The notes under the pieces: generated by a model
What the model was told of the DNA's origin: nothing
What the model saw: the letters and a program-made list of their open reading frames with translations, nothing else
The model's database searches: none
Program-made: the position numbers and the translations under genes
Shown here: piece after piece, positions 17,172 through 24,947 of the stretch
Position numbering within the stretch: the stretch's first letter is position 1
Layout of the letters: every line of letters begins with the position of its first letter
NCBI GenBank assembly: GCA_947626785.1
Contig: CANQTO010000007.1
Location: forward strand, 5,548-69,547
Length of the DNA: 64,000 nt
Direction of reading: 5' to 3'
Origin: an uncultured Oscillospiraceae bacterium
GTDB lineage: Bacteria > Bacillota > Clostridia > Oscillospirales > Oscillospiraceae

Positions 17172-18918
17172 CGCTGTCACCTCCCTTGGTCTGCTGCTCA
17201 TAGATCTCCCGGTAGATCTCGCTCTCGGCCATGAGCTTCTGATGGTCGCCCATGGCGGCGATGCGGCCGTTGTCCATCACCAGGATCAGGTCCGCGTCCT
17301 CCACCGAGGCCACCCGCTGGGCGATGATGATCTTGGTGGTCTCCGGGATGTAGGACCGGAAGCCCGCCCGGATCAGGGCGTCGGTCTTGGTGTCCACGGC
17401 GCTGGTGGAGTCGTCCAGGATGAGGATCTTGGGCTTTTTCAGCAGGGCCCGGGCGATGCAGAGCCGCTGCTTCTGCCCGCCGGACACATTGGTGCCTCCC
17501 TGCTCGATCCAGGAGTCGTAGCCGTCGGGGAAGGAGCGGATGAACTCATCCGCCTGGGCCAAGCGACAGGCCTCCTCGATCTCGGCGTCGCTGGCCTCCG
17601 GATTGCCCCAGCGGAGGTTTTCTTTGATGGTGCCGGAGAAGAGCTCGTTTTTCTGGAGCACCACCGCCACGGCGTTGCGCAGGACCTCCATGTCGTAGTC
17701 CCGCACGTCCACGCCGCCCACCCGGACGCTGCCCTCGGTCACGTCGTAGAGCCGGGGGATCAGCTGCACCAGGCTGCTCTTGCCCACGCCGGTGCCGCCC
17801 AGGATGCCCACGGTGCTGCCAGAGGGGATGTGCAGGTCGATATCCTCCAGGGCGTTCTTCGCGGCCTTTTTGGAGTATTTGAAGGAGACGTTTTCAAAAT
17901 CGATAGAGCCGTCCTTCACCTCTTCCACCGGCTGGGGCGGGTCAGTGAGGCTGCTGTCCTCCCGGAGGACCTCACAGATACGCCGCATGGACTCGATGGA
18001 CATGGTCAGCATCACGTAGATCATGGAGATCATCATCAGGCTCATGAGGATCTGCATGCCGTAGGTGAGCATGGCCTGGATCTGGCCCACGTCGATGACG
18101 GTGCCGCCGCTGTTGATGATGATCCGCGCCCCCACCAGCAGCACAAAGACCATGTTGAAGTACACGCACAGCTGCATGAGGGGGTTGTTCAGGGCAACCA
18201 TCCGCTCGGCCTTGGTGAAGTCCTTGCAGATGTCGTGGGAGGCAGTGTTGAATTTCTGCTTCTCGTAGTCCTCCCGGGCAAAGCCCTTGACCACCCGCAT
18301 GGCCCGGACGTTCTCTTCGATGCTCTCGTTCATCCGGTCGTACTTCCGGAACACCGCCCGGAAGGCGGGCATGGCGTAGTGGGCGATGATCAGCAGGCCG
18401 CCGATCAGCACCGGCACCACGATCACGAAGGTCATGGCCAGGGCGCCGGCCATCCGGTAGGCGGCGATGATGGAGAAAATGAACATCAGCGGCGAGCGGA
18501 TGGCGGTGCGGATGACCATCATGAAGGCCATCTGCACATTGGACACGTCGGTGGTCATGCGGGTCACCAGAGAGGCGGTGGAGAACTTGTCGATGTTCTC
18601 AAAGGAGAAGTCCTGGACCCGGACGAAGATATCCCGCCGCAGGTTCCGGGCAAAGCCGGCGGAGGCCTTGGCGCAGGTATAACCGGCAAGGCTGCCGCAG
18701 CAGAGGGATATCATGGCCATCACCACCAGGATCAGGCCCGTGTGCAGCACCTGGTCCAGGGCCGCTCCGGCCTTGACGATGTTGATGAGGTTTGCGGTGA
18801 TGGTGGGGATCAGGACCTCGATGAAGACCTCCCCCGAAATGAAAATGAGCGTCAGGATCGTCGGGAGCTTGAACTCCCGGATACTCTTAGCAAGGGTCTT
18901 GATCACAGCTCTTCCCAC
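17161..18918 (-). CDS. ABC exporter, fused permease/ATPase (heterodimer partner A)
   Basis: The 585-aa product has a GTG start, Walker A GGTGVGKSS, signature VSGGQKQR and Walker B ILDDST. Confidence 0.85.
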   Translation of the reverse strand: MGRAVIKTLAKSIREFKLPTILTLIFISGEVFIEVLIPTITANLINIVKAGAALDQVLHTGLILVVMAMISLCCGSLAGYTCAKASAGFARNLRRDIFVRVQDFSFENIDKFSTASLVTRMTTDVSNVQMAFMMVIRTAIRSPLMFIFSIIAAYRMAGALAMTFVIVVPVLIGGLLIIAHYAMPAFRAVFRKYDRMNESIEENVRAMRVVKGFAREDYEKQKFNTASHDICKDFTKAERMVALNNPLMQLCVYFNMVFVLLVGARIIINSGGTVIDVGQIQAMLTYGMQILMSLMMISMIYVMLTMSIESMRRICEVLREDSSLTDPPQPVEEVKDGSIDFENVSFKYSKKAAKNALEDIDLHIPSGSTVGILGGTGVGKSSLVQLIPRLYDVTEGSVRVGGVDVRDYDMEVLRNAVAVVLQKNELFSGTIKENLRWGNPEASDAEIEEACRLAQADEFIRSFPDGYDSWIEQGGTNVSGGQKQRLCIARALLKKPKILILDDSTSAVDTKTDALIRAGFRSYIPETTKIIIAQRVASVEDADLILVMDNGRIAAMGDHQKLMAESEIYREIYEQQTKGGDSDEE

Positions 18919-19369
18919 ATCCTTTCCTATAGATTTCCATTGCGTTGGTGAGCATCCGGGCGGTGATGGCCTCCAGCTGCTCTATCTGCTCCGGGCTCAG
19001 CCCGGTGCAGAGCCAATTGGTGACCTCCTCGTCGATCCGGTCCACCTCCCGGTGGAGGCAGCGGGCCTTCTCCGTGGAGGAGATGCTTTTGCTCCGCCGG
19101 TCCGACCGGCTGGGCTGGCAGACGATGAAGCCCTTCTGCTCCAGCCGCCGGAGGATCTCCGTCATGGTGGGGTGGGTCACGTGGGAGGCGCTCTCCAGGG
19201 CCCGCTGGTTGATCTCGCCCTGGCCCGCCGCCTCCAGCTGGGCAAGCCTGCCCAGCACGCCGAACTGCACCCCAGTCAGCTCCAGTTCCCGGAGCCGTTC
19301 GTCCAGCTTGCGCTTGAAGGCCCTGTCCAGCAGGGAGAAGCGCAGGCCAAGCGGCATTTTATCCGGCAT
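18887..19369 (-). CDS. MarR family transcriptional regulator
   Basis: The 160-aa product has a winged-HTH region (LTGVQFGVLGRLAQL ... INQRALESASHVTHPTMTEILRRLEQKGFI). It is the first gene of the exporter operon. Confidence 0.85.
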   Translation of the reverse strand: MPDKMPLGLRFSLLDRAFKRKLDERLRELELTGVQFGVLGRLAQLEAAGQGEINQRALESASHVTHPTMTEILRRLEQKGFIVCQPSRSDRRSKSISSTEKARCLHREVDRIDEEVTNWLCTGLSPEQIEQLEAITARMLTNAMEIYRKGCGKSCDQDPC

Positions 19370-19393
19370 GGTTCTCGCCTTCTTTTATGTAGT

Positions 19394-19451
19394 GTGCGAC
19401 CTATATGGGTAGCGTGCTACCTATTTTAAACAGACGGGCCGGAATTGTCAA
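19394..19451 (-). promoter_or_regulatory. marR promoter with candidate MarR operator repeats
   Basis: On the minus strand: TTGACA (19451-19446), a 17-nt spacer, then TAAAAT (19428-19423). Immediately downstream are two direct repeats, GTGCGACCTAT (19394-19404) and GTGCTACCTAT (19414-19424), 20 bp apart. There is also a small palindrome GTAGC-GT-GCTAC. Confidence 0.55.
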
Positions 19452-19539
19452 GCTGGAAGTCCGCCAAAAAAAGAGGCCCGGACCCTTGAAAATTTGTCAA
19501 ACTTTTTTGCAGGGGGGAGCCCGAGGGCGGGGAAAAGTC

Positions 19540-19568
19540 TTGACCGGAAAAGGCGGGAGCGGTATAAT
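19540..19568 (+). promoter_or_regulatory. sigma-70 promoter of the surface-protein gene
   Basis: TTGACC (19540-19545), a 17-nt spacer, then TATAAT (19563-19568). AAGGAGGGAG lies before ATG 19625. Confidence 0.65.
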
Positions 19569-19624
19569 AATTCAAAATAAAGGAAATTTTTCTCGACCTT
19601 TCTGCCGTAAAGGAGGGAGACATC

Positions 19625-20785
19625 ATGCGCGGAACGTTCAAGAAGGCGGTCCTGGCCGTCCTGGTCCTCTGCTTCTGCCTGACGGCCATGGGGGCCGTGG
19701 AGGTGGCGCCGGAGGGGCAGGCGGTGCACAGGGCTCTGGCCGCTCTGAACAGGGACCCGGTGGCCCTGTCGCCCCTGAGCGATTTCACGGTCACCACCAG
19801 CGCCAACGGCTGCTACGTCAACAGCGTCACCTGGTACGATTCCGGCGGCAATCCGGTGTATGAGGGCGATTTCACCACGGACCCCTATCACGTGGAGATC
19901 CAGCTGGGCGTGCTGGACGGCTTCTATTTTGCCGAGGACGTGGCCGGCTATATCAACAACTCCGAGTGCAGCATCAGCCGGGACCCCTCCGGGACCCTGG
20001 TCACCTTGTCCCGGGATTATGTGCCCGTCATCTGGGCCGCCACCATCTATAACCACCCCAAGTCCACCACCGTGGACGCGGGGCATTGGGCGGACTTCTG
20101 GGTCTCGGGCGTCAACGTGGCCAAATACGACTGGCGCCTGGAGAGCCCCAGCGGCCAGAAGCTGGCCCTGGAGGACATCCAGACGGTGTTCCCCAACGTG
20201 CCTGTGCCCGCCAACGGCAACGACACCCTGATCATCAACCAGGTGCCGCCGGAGATGGACGGCTGGAAGGTGATCTGCACCTTCGTCTCCGCCGGGGATA
20301 TCACCCGGACGGACTCCAACCCGGCCACCATCACCGTCAACGGCGCCAAGGCGACGCCTACCCCCACCCCGGAGCCCACTCCGGAGCCCACGCCCACCCC
20401 CACCCCGGAGCCCACTCCGGAACCCACCCCGGAGCATGTCCATGAGTTTGCCACGGTCTGGTCCAAGGACGGGGAGAGCCACTGGCACGAGTGCGCCTGC
20501 GGCGAGCGGGCGGACCAGGCCCCCCACAGCATGGTGTGGACCGAGACCATCCCCGCCACCTCCCGGGCCAAGGGGGAGGAGCAGGGCGAGTGCAGCGTCT
20601 GCGGCTATACCGAGACCCGGGCGACGGAGTTTGACGGCGGCGACGGCGAGGCCGCCGGATTGAACCTGGACACCTTCCGCATCCTGTTCTTTGTGATCGC
20701 GGCCCTGGTGGCCGTCAGCACGATGACCATCGTCATTCTCTCCATCCGGGATAACCGCCGCCGCAGGCGGCGCGGGCGGCACTGA
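19625..20785 (+). CDS. secreted, C-terminally membrane-anchored surface protein
   Basis: The signal peptide is MRGTFKKAVLAVLVLCFCLTAMGA. An I-set-like segment follows (DAGHWADFWVSG..YDWRL...NDTLIINQVPPEMDGWKVICTF...ATITVNG). Then come the linker TPTPTPEPTPEPTPTPTPEPTPEPTPE and the motif HVHEF..W..DGESHWHECACGE...H..W....GECSVCGYTE. The C-terminus is a TM helix plus an RRRRRRGRH tail. Confidence 0.7.
   Translation: MRGTFKKAVLAVLVLCFCLTAMGAVEVAPEGQAVHRALAALNRDPVALSPLSDFTVTTSANGCYVNSVTWYDSGGNPVYEGDFTTDPYHVEIQLGVLDGFYFAEDVAGYINNSECSISRDPSGTLVTLSRDYVPVIWAATIYNHPKSTTVDAGHWADFWVSGVNVAKYDWRLESPSGQKLALEDIQTVFPNVPVPANGNDTLIINQVPPEMDGWKVICTFVSAGDITRTDSNPATITVNGAKATPTPTPEPTPEPTPTPTPEPTPEPTPEHVHEFATVWSKDGESHWHECACGERADQAPHSMVWTETIPATSRAKGEEQGECSVCGYTETRATEFDGGDGEAAGLNLDTFRILFFVIAALVAVSTMTIVILSIRDNRRRRRRGRH
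20360..20431 (+). repeat. 2 x 36-bp in-frame tandem repeat encoding the Pro/Thr/Glu linker
   Basis: Unit 1 is 20360-20395 (acccccaccccggagcccactccggagcccacgccc). Unit 2 is 20396-20431 and differs at a few positions. Confidence 0.85.
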
Positions 20786-20789
20786 GAAG

Positions 20790-21230
20790 GGCCGCCAGAG
20801 ACAAGGAAACACACGGTTTTGCGTGGATCTTTTCCGCCCTCGCGTTGCGAAAAGCCTCGGAAATCCACAAAGGATTCCCTGCGTTTTTCGCTTAGCGAGA
20901 ACGAAAAATCTTTCGCGCATCGTCGGCACAAGTTTCGGATCGTCTCGCTTCCGTGTAAACACGAAAGCTCGCTCCCTACACTGTGCCTCCTCTTCAAATC
21001 AAAGCTTCTGCTTTGATTTGACAAGGAAGAACATTACCGCTCGCCGATTTTGCCGTGCTTGCGCGGCAAAATGGCTTTGCGGTGATGTTCTGACGCAGCA
21101 CAGTCAAAGAGCAGAATTTGAGGCAGAACTTGCGGGGCCTTGACAACCTTTGTGGTTGTCAAGGCCCCGCAATGAAAGTTATGCCCAAAGGATGCCTTTG
21201 ACCGCGTATGTTTCCTTGTCTCAGGCGGCC
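20790..21230. mobile_element. 441-bp hairpin-dense element bounded by 26-nt imperfect terminal inverted repeats (MITE-like, or a large structured RNA)
   Basis: The left end GGCCGCCAGAGACAAGGAAACACACG (20790-20815) matches the reverse complement of 21205-21230 (GGCCGCCTGAGACAAGGAAACATACG) at 24 of 26 positions. Inside are a perfect 17-bp stem (21132-21148 / 21154-21170) and a perfect 11-bp stem (20995-21005 / 21010-21020). Several more stems are present, but no credible ORF and no transposase. Confidence 0.45.
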
Positions 21231-21262
21231 ACAAAAATCTTTTAAATTTTGAAAAATCCTTC

Positions 21263-21291
21263 TTGACATTTCCTCAAACGCGGTTTAAACT
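21263..21291 (+). promoter_or_regulatory. promoter of the T-box leader
   Basis: TTGACA (21263-21268), a 17-nt spacer, then TAAACT (21286-21291). Confidence 0.6.
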
Positions 21292-21302
21292 TACACTAAA
21301 CC

Positions 21303-21578
21303 ATTGAAGAAGAGTGAGTAGGTTCTGTCCGGGCTTCCCCAGAGAGCCGCCGGCGCTGTGATGGCGGCGAAGCAAGCGGAACTGAATGGACTTCCGAGGG
21401 CGAACGGAAACGGGGCGCACGCGTCCCGGAGTATGCGAGACGGAGCAGGCCCTCCGTAAACAAAGGCCGGCATATGATGGTATGCGCAGAGTGGGCGCGA
21501 GAGCGCCAAGCCGGGTGGCACCGCAGGATCTTCCGATCCTGTCCCAGCGAAACAAACTGGGACAGGGTCGTTTTTTTG
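21303..21578 (+). promoter_or_regulatory. T-box riboswitch (tRNA-Trp specifier UGG) with terminator
   Basis: Stem I has GAAGAAGAGTGAGTA (GA/K-turn) and CCAGAGAG. The specifier loop is ACTGAA-TGG-A-CTTCCGAG, with TGG at 21387-21389. The T-box sequence is CCGGGTGGCACCGCAG (21511-21526). The terminator stem CCTGTCCCA/TGGGACAGG is followed by TTTTTTT (21571-21577). Confidence 0.85.
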
Positions 21579-21608
21579 TCCTGTCCCCCATCGAAAGGAG
21601 AAGGAACC

Positions 21609-22982
21609 ATGGCAAACGAGAAGATCCCCTACAAAATCTATCTGGAAGAGAGCGAGATGCCCCAGAGCTGGTACAATGTCCGGGCGGACATGAAGAACAA
21701 ACCGGCCCCTCTGCTGAACCCGGGCACCCATCAGCCCATGACCGCCGAGGAGCTGGGCGGCGTCTTCTGCGCCGATCTGGTGCAGCAGGAGCTGGACAAC
21801 GACACGGCCTTTATCCCCATCCCTGAAGAGATCCGCAATTTCTACAAGATGTACCGTCCCTCCCCGCTGGTCCGGGCCTACTGCCTGGAGGAGAAGCTCC
21901 AGACCCCGGCCAAGATCTACTACAAGTTCGAGGGCAACAACACCAGCGGCTCCCACAAGCTCAACTCCGCCATCGCCCAGGCCTACTACGCCAAGAAGCA
22001 GGGCCTGAAGGGCGTCACCACCGAGACCGGCGCCGGCCAGTGGGGCACGGCCCTGGCCATGGCCTGCGCCTACCTGGGCCTGGACTGCAAGGTGTACATG
22101 GTGAAGGTCAGCTATGAGCAGAAGCCCTTCCGCCGGGAGGTCATGCGGACCTACGGCGCCTCCGTGACCCCCTCCCCCTCCGACACCACCAACGTGGGCC
22201 GGAAGATCCTGGCCGAGCACCCCGGCACCACCGGCTCCCTGGGCTGCGCCATCTCCGAGGCGGTGGAGGCCGCGGTCTCCACGCCGGGTTACCGCTACGT
22301 GCTGGGCTCGGTGCTCAACCAGGTGCTGCTGCACCAGTCCGTCATCGGTCTGGAGACCAAGACCGCCATGGACAAATACGGCATCAAGCCGGACATCATC
22401 ATCGGCTGCGCCGGCGGCGGCTCCAACCTGGGCGGCCTGATCGCCCCCTTCATGGGCCAGAAGCTCCGGGGCGAGGCGGATTACCGGATCGTCGCCGTGG
22501 AGCCGGCCTCCTGCCCCAGCCTGACCCGGGGCAGGTTCGCCTACGACTTTGCCGACACCGGCATGGTCTGCCCCCTGGCCAAGATGTATACCCTGGGCAG
22601 CGGCTTCATCCCCGCCCCCAACCACGCCGGCGGCCTGCGCTACCACGGCATGAGCCCCATCCTCTCCCAGCTGTATGACGACGGGCTGATGGAGGCCGTA
22701 TCCGTGCCCCAGACCAAGGTCTTCGAGGCGGCGGAGCAGTTTGCGCGGGTGGAGGGCATCCTGCCCGCTCCCGAGAGCTCCCACGCCATCCGGGTGGCCA
22801 TCGACGAGGCCCTCAAGTGCAAGGAGACCGGCGAGGAGAAGACCATCCTCTTCGGCCTCACCGGCACCGGCTACTTCGACATGGTGGCCTACGAGAAGTT
22901 CCACGAAGGCCAGATGGACGACTATGTGCCCTCCGACGAGGAGCTGGCCGCCTACTTCGCCCAGCTGCCCAAGATCGACTGA
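21609..22982 (+). CDS. trpB2: TrpB2-type tryptophan synthase beta-like PLP enzyme
   Basis: This is ORF 21474..22982 with the start at ATG 21609 (MANEKIPYKIYLEESEMPQSWYN), AAAGGAGAAGG upstream. It has the PLP lysine motif GSHKLN and the long N-terminal extension typical of the TrpB2 class. No trpA is in the window. Confidence 0.8.
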   Translation: MANEKIPYKIYLEESEMPQSWYNVRADMKNKPAPLLNPGTHQPMTAEELGGVFCADLVQQELDNDTAFIPIPEEIRNFYKMYRPSPLVRAYCLEEKLQTPAKIYYKFEGNNTSGSHKLNSAIAQAYYAKKQGLKGVTTETGAGQWGTALAMACAYLGLDCKVYMVKVSYEQKPFRREVMRTYGASVTPSPSDTTNVGRKILAEHPGTTGSLGCAISEAVEAAVSTPGYRYVLGSVLNQVLLHQSVIGLETKTAMDKYGIKPDIIIGCAGGGSNLGGLIAPFMGQKLRGEADYRIVAVEPASCPSLTRGRFAYDFADTGMVCPLAKMYTLGSGFIPAPNHAGGLRYHGMSPILSQLYDDGLMEAVSVPQTKVFEAAEQFARVEGILPAPESSHAIRVAIDEALKCKETGEEKTILFGLTGTGYFDMVAYEKFHEGQMDDYVPSDEELAAYFAQLPKID

Positions 22983-22995
22983 GAAAATACGGCTT

Positions 22996-23031
22996 CGCCG
23001 GCCAGGCAAACTGCCTGGCCGGCGTTCTTTT
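22996..23031 (+). terminator. rho-independent terminator of trpB2
   Basis: A 12-bp stem CGCCGGCCAGGC / GCCTGGCCGGCG followed by TTCTTTT. Confidence 0.8.
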
Positions 23032-23156
23032 ACGCAAATATGCGTACCTTAAACAAATTATAAGCTTTTTATAAGCTTTCATCCGGTTTTTTCTTAATTG
23101 GCTCCTCCTCTATAATGGGTCTACAGCGCCCGGACGGGCGCGGAGAGGAGGAGCCT

Positions 23157-24410
23157 ATGCGTGCCGTTGAGACCTTCAATTTTGTGGTGATGCTGCTGTT
23201 TTTCCTGTGCTACGCCTATCAGTTCTTTTATATCCCCGTAGCCCTGTTCGGCCGCCCCCGCCCTCTGGGCCGGGCGGAGGAGAAGCGCTACGCGGCGCTC
23301 ATCGCCGCCCGGAACGAGCAGGCCGTCATCGGCCCGCTGCTGGACAGCCTCCGGCGCCAGGACTACCCGGCGGAGCTGCTGGACCTCTATGTGGTAGCCG
23401 ATAACTGCACCGACGCCACCGCCGCCCTGGCCCGCGCCCACGGGGCCCAAGTCTACGAGCGCTTTGACCGGAGCCGGGTGGGCAAGGGCTACGCCCTGGA
23501 CTTTCTCCTGCGCTGCATTGAGCGGGACCGGGGCGCGGACTGCTACGACGGCTACTTCGTCTTTGACGCGGACAACCTGCTCGCCCCGGACTTTGTCCGG
23601 CGGATGAACGAGACCTTCTGCGGCGGCTATGAGATCGTCACCAGCTACCGCAACTCCAAAAACTACGGCGACAACTGGATCTCCGCCGGCTACGCCCTGT
23701 GGTTTCTCCGGGACAGCCGCTACCTCAACCACGCCCGGATGCTCCTGGGCAGCAGCTGCGTGGTGGCGGGGACGGGCTTTCTGTTCTCCCGGCAGGTGCT
23801 CCGCCGCTGCGGCGGCTGGCGCTTCTTCCTGCTGACGGAGGACACGGAGTTCACCATCGACAACGTGCTCCGGGGCGTGCGCATCGGTTACTGCCCCCGG
23901 GCCGTCCTCTACGACGAGCAGCCCCGGGACTTCCGCCAGTCCTGGCGGCAGCGGCGTCGCTGGTGCCGGGGCTATCTCCAGGTCTTCCACCGCTACGGCG
24001 GCTCCCTGCTCCGTGGCATCTTCAGCCGGGACTGCCTGAGCTGCTACGACATGACCATGAGCATCATGCCCGCCGCGGTGCTGACGGGGCTGAGCGCGGC
24101 GGTGAACCTGACGGCCGCCGGGCTGAACTTTCTGGCCGGCCGGGACCTGAGCTCCCTGGTCCTGTCCCTCCTCCAACTGGGCGGGAACCTGTACATCACT
24201 CTCTTTTTCGTCGGGGCCCTGACCACACTCACCGAGTGGAGGCAGATCCGCTGCCCGGCCGGAAAGAAGCTGCTCTACACCTTCACCTTCCCCGTCTTCA
24301 TGTTCACCTATGTGCCCATCTGCATCGCCTCCCTGTTCTCCCCCGTCCAATGGCAGCCCATCCGCCACGACCGGAGCCTGAGCCTGGAAGAACTCACAGC
24401 GTCACACTGA
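23157..24410 (+). CDS. membrane-embedded family-2 glycosyltransferase (processive synthase-like)
   Basis: This is ORF 23115..24410 with the start at ATG 23157 (GGAGGAG upstream). It has an N-terminal TM helix and a GT-A core (IAARNEQAVIGPLLDSL, VVADNCTD, FDADN, and a QRRRW-like QRRRWCRGYLQ motif). C-terminal TM helices follow. Confidence 0.8.
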   Translation: MRAVETFNFVVMLLFFLCYAYQFFYIPVALFGRPRPLGRAEEKRYAALIAARNEQAVIGPLLDSLRRQDYPAELLDLYVVADNCTDATAALARAHGAQVYERFDRSRVGKGYALDFLLRCIERDRGADCYDGYFVFDADNLLAPDFVRRMNETFCGGYEIVTSYRNSKNYGDNWISAGYALWFLRDSRYLNHARMLLGSSCVVAGTGFLFSRQVLRRCGGWRFFLLTEDTEFTIDNVLRGVRIGYCPRAVLYDEQPRDFRQSWRQRRRWCRGYLQVFHRYGGSLLRGIFSRDCLSCYDMTMSIMPAAVLTGLSAAVNLTAAGLNFLAGRDLSSLVLSLLQLGGNLYITLFFVGALTTLTEWRQIRCPAGKKLLYTFTFPVFMFTYVPICIASLFSPVQWQPIRHDRSLSLEELTASH

Positions 24411-24414
24411 TACA

Positions 24415-24454
24415 GGAAAAGAAGCCGGTCCGTTTTTGGACCGGCTTCTTTTCC
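24415..24454 (+). terminator. rho-independent terminator of the GT2 gene
   Basis: A perfect 17-bp stem GGAAAAGAAGCCGGTCC / GGACCGGCTTCTTTTCC with a T-rich 3' arm. Confidence 0.8.
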
Positions 24455-24459
24455 TGGGC

Positions 24460-24945
24460 TGTCGGGCGGTATACTTCCGAAATGGCAGTTTATATGAGTT
24501 TAGAAGAGACAAGTTCCGCACCCTCATGGCTCTCCTTACACAGGGGAGCCATGAAGGTGCACAGTTAGTCGACTACCCGGCGAGCCTTGTCGGAAAGTGC
24601 GCGCAACCGGAAGGAGCGATTTTTGCCAGTGTCTGCACCGGGGTATACCGGAAGGAAAGATTACGGGCGACCTAAGAAGAAGTTTGTTGTGTCTTTCTCC
24701 CTGGAGGGGTCCCGGGGAGACTTCCCCGGGTGCCTTTTCTTTCGGTTCGCTTTCTTTGTGGCAAGACAAAGAAAGCGAACAAATTCACCAAGAGACCAAG
24801 CTTCCCTCCAGCTGGTGACCGAAGGAGACGGGCAGAGGAAAATTTTTTGCTCATTTAAACTTTCATTTACTTCAGAAGATTTTGCCCTTTTTTAACACTC
24901 AAGGGACTGTAGCTTAACATTTCGTTTTGCTACAGTCCCATTTTG
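24460..24945. other. ~490-bp non-coding, hairpin-rich spacer between convergent genes
   Basis: Stems seen: 24525-24535/24543-24553 (11 bp, 1 mismatch), 24711-24718/24723-24730 (8 bp) and 24745-24759/24766-24780 (15 bp, perfect). The latter two are enclosed by CTGGAGGG 24701-24708 / CCCTCCAG 24804-24811. A further 11-bp stem is at 24903-24913/24929-24939. There is no credible ORF. Confidence 0.5.
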
Positions 24946-24947
24946 AT

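Noticed and set aside
20349-20435. Repeats that might suggest a CRISPR array: the PT-linker tandem repeat here and the AGGAAT repeats at 50557-50607.
   Set aside because: The first is an in-frame 36-bp coding repeat with no spacers. The second is a single hairpin. There is no repeat-spacer periodicity anywhere in the window and no cas genes.
20605-21143. ORFs 20605..21024 (-), 20819..21016 (+) and 20823..21143 (+) inside and next to the inverted-repeat element.
   Set aside because: They read through successive perfect hairpins, have no SD, and in part overlap the real surface-protein gene. I treated the region as non-coding.
23059-23078. A tandem 9-bp direct repeat ATAAGCTTT x2 and a TACGCA-aata-TGCGTA palindrome (23031-23046) upstream of the GT2 gene, considered as a regulatory site or c-di-GMP riboswitch.
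   Set aside because: I saw no riboswitch-like conserved core and could not define a convincing promoter around them. I noted them only as short repeats.
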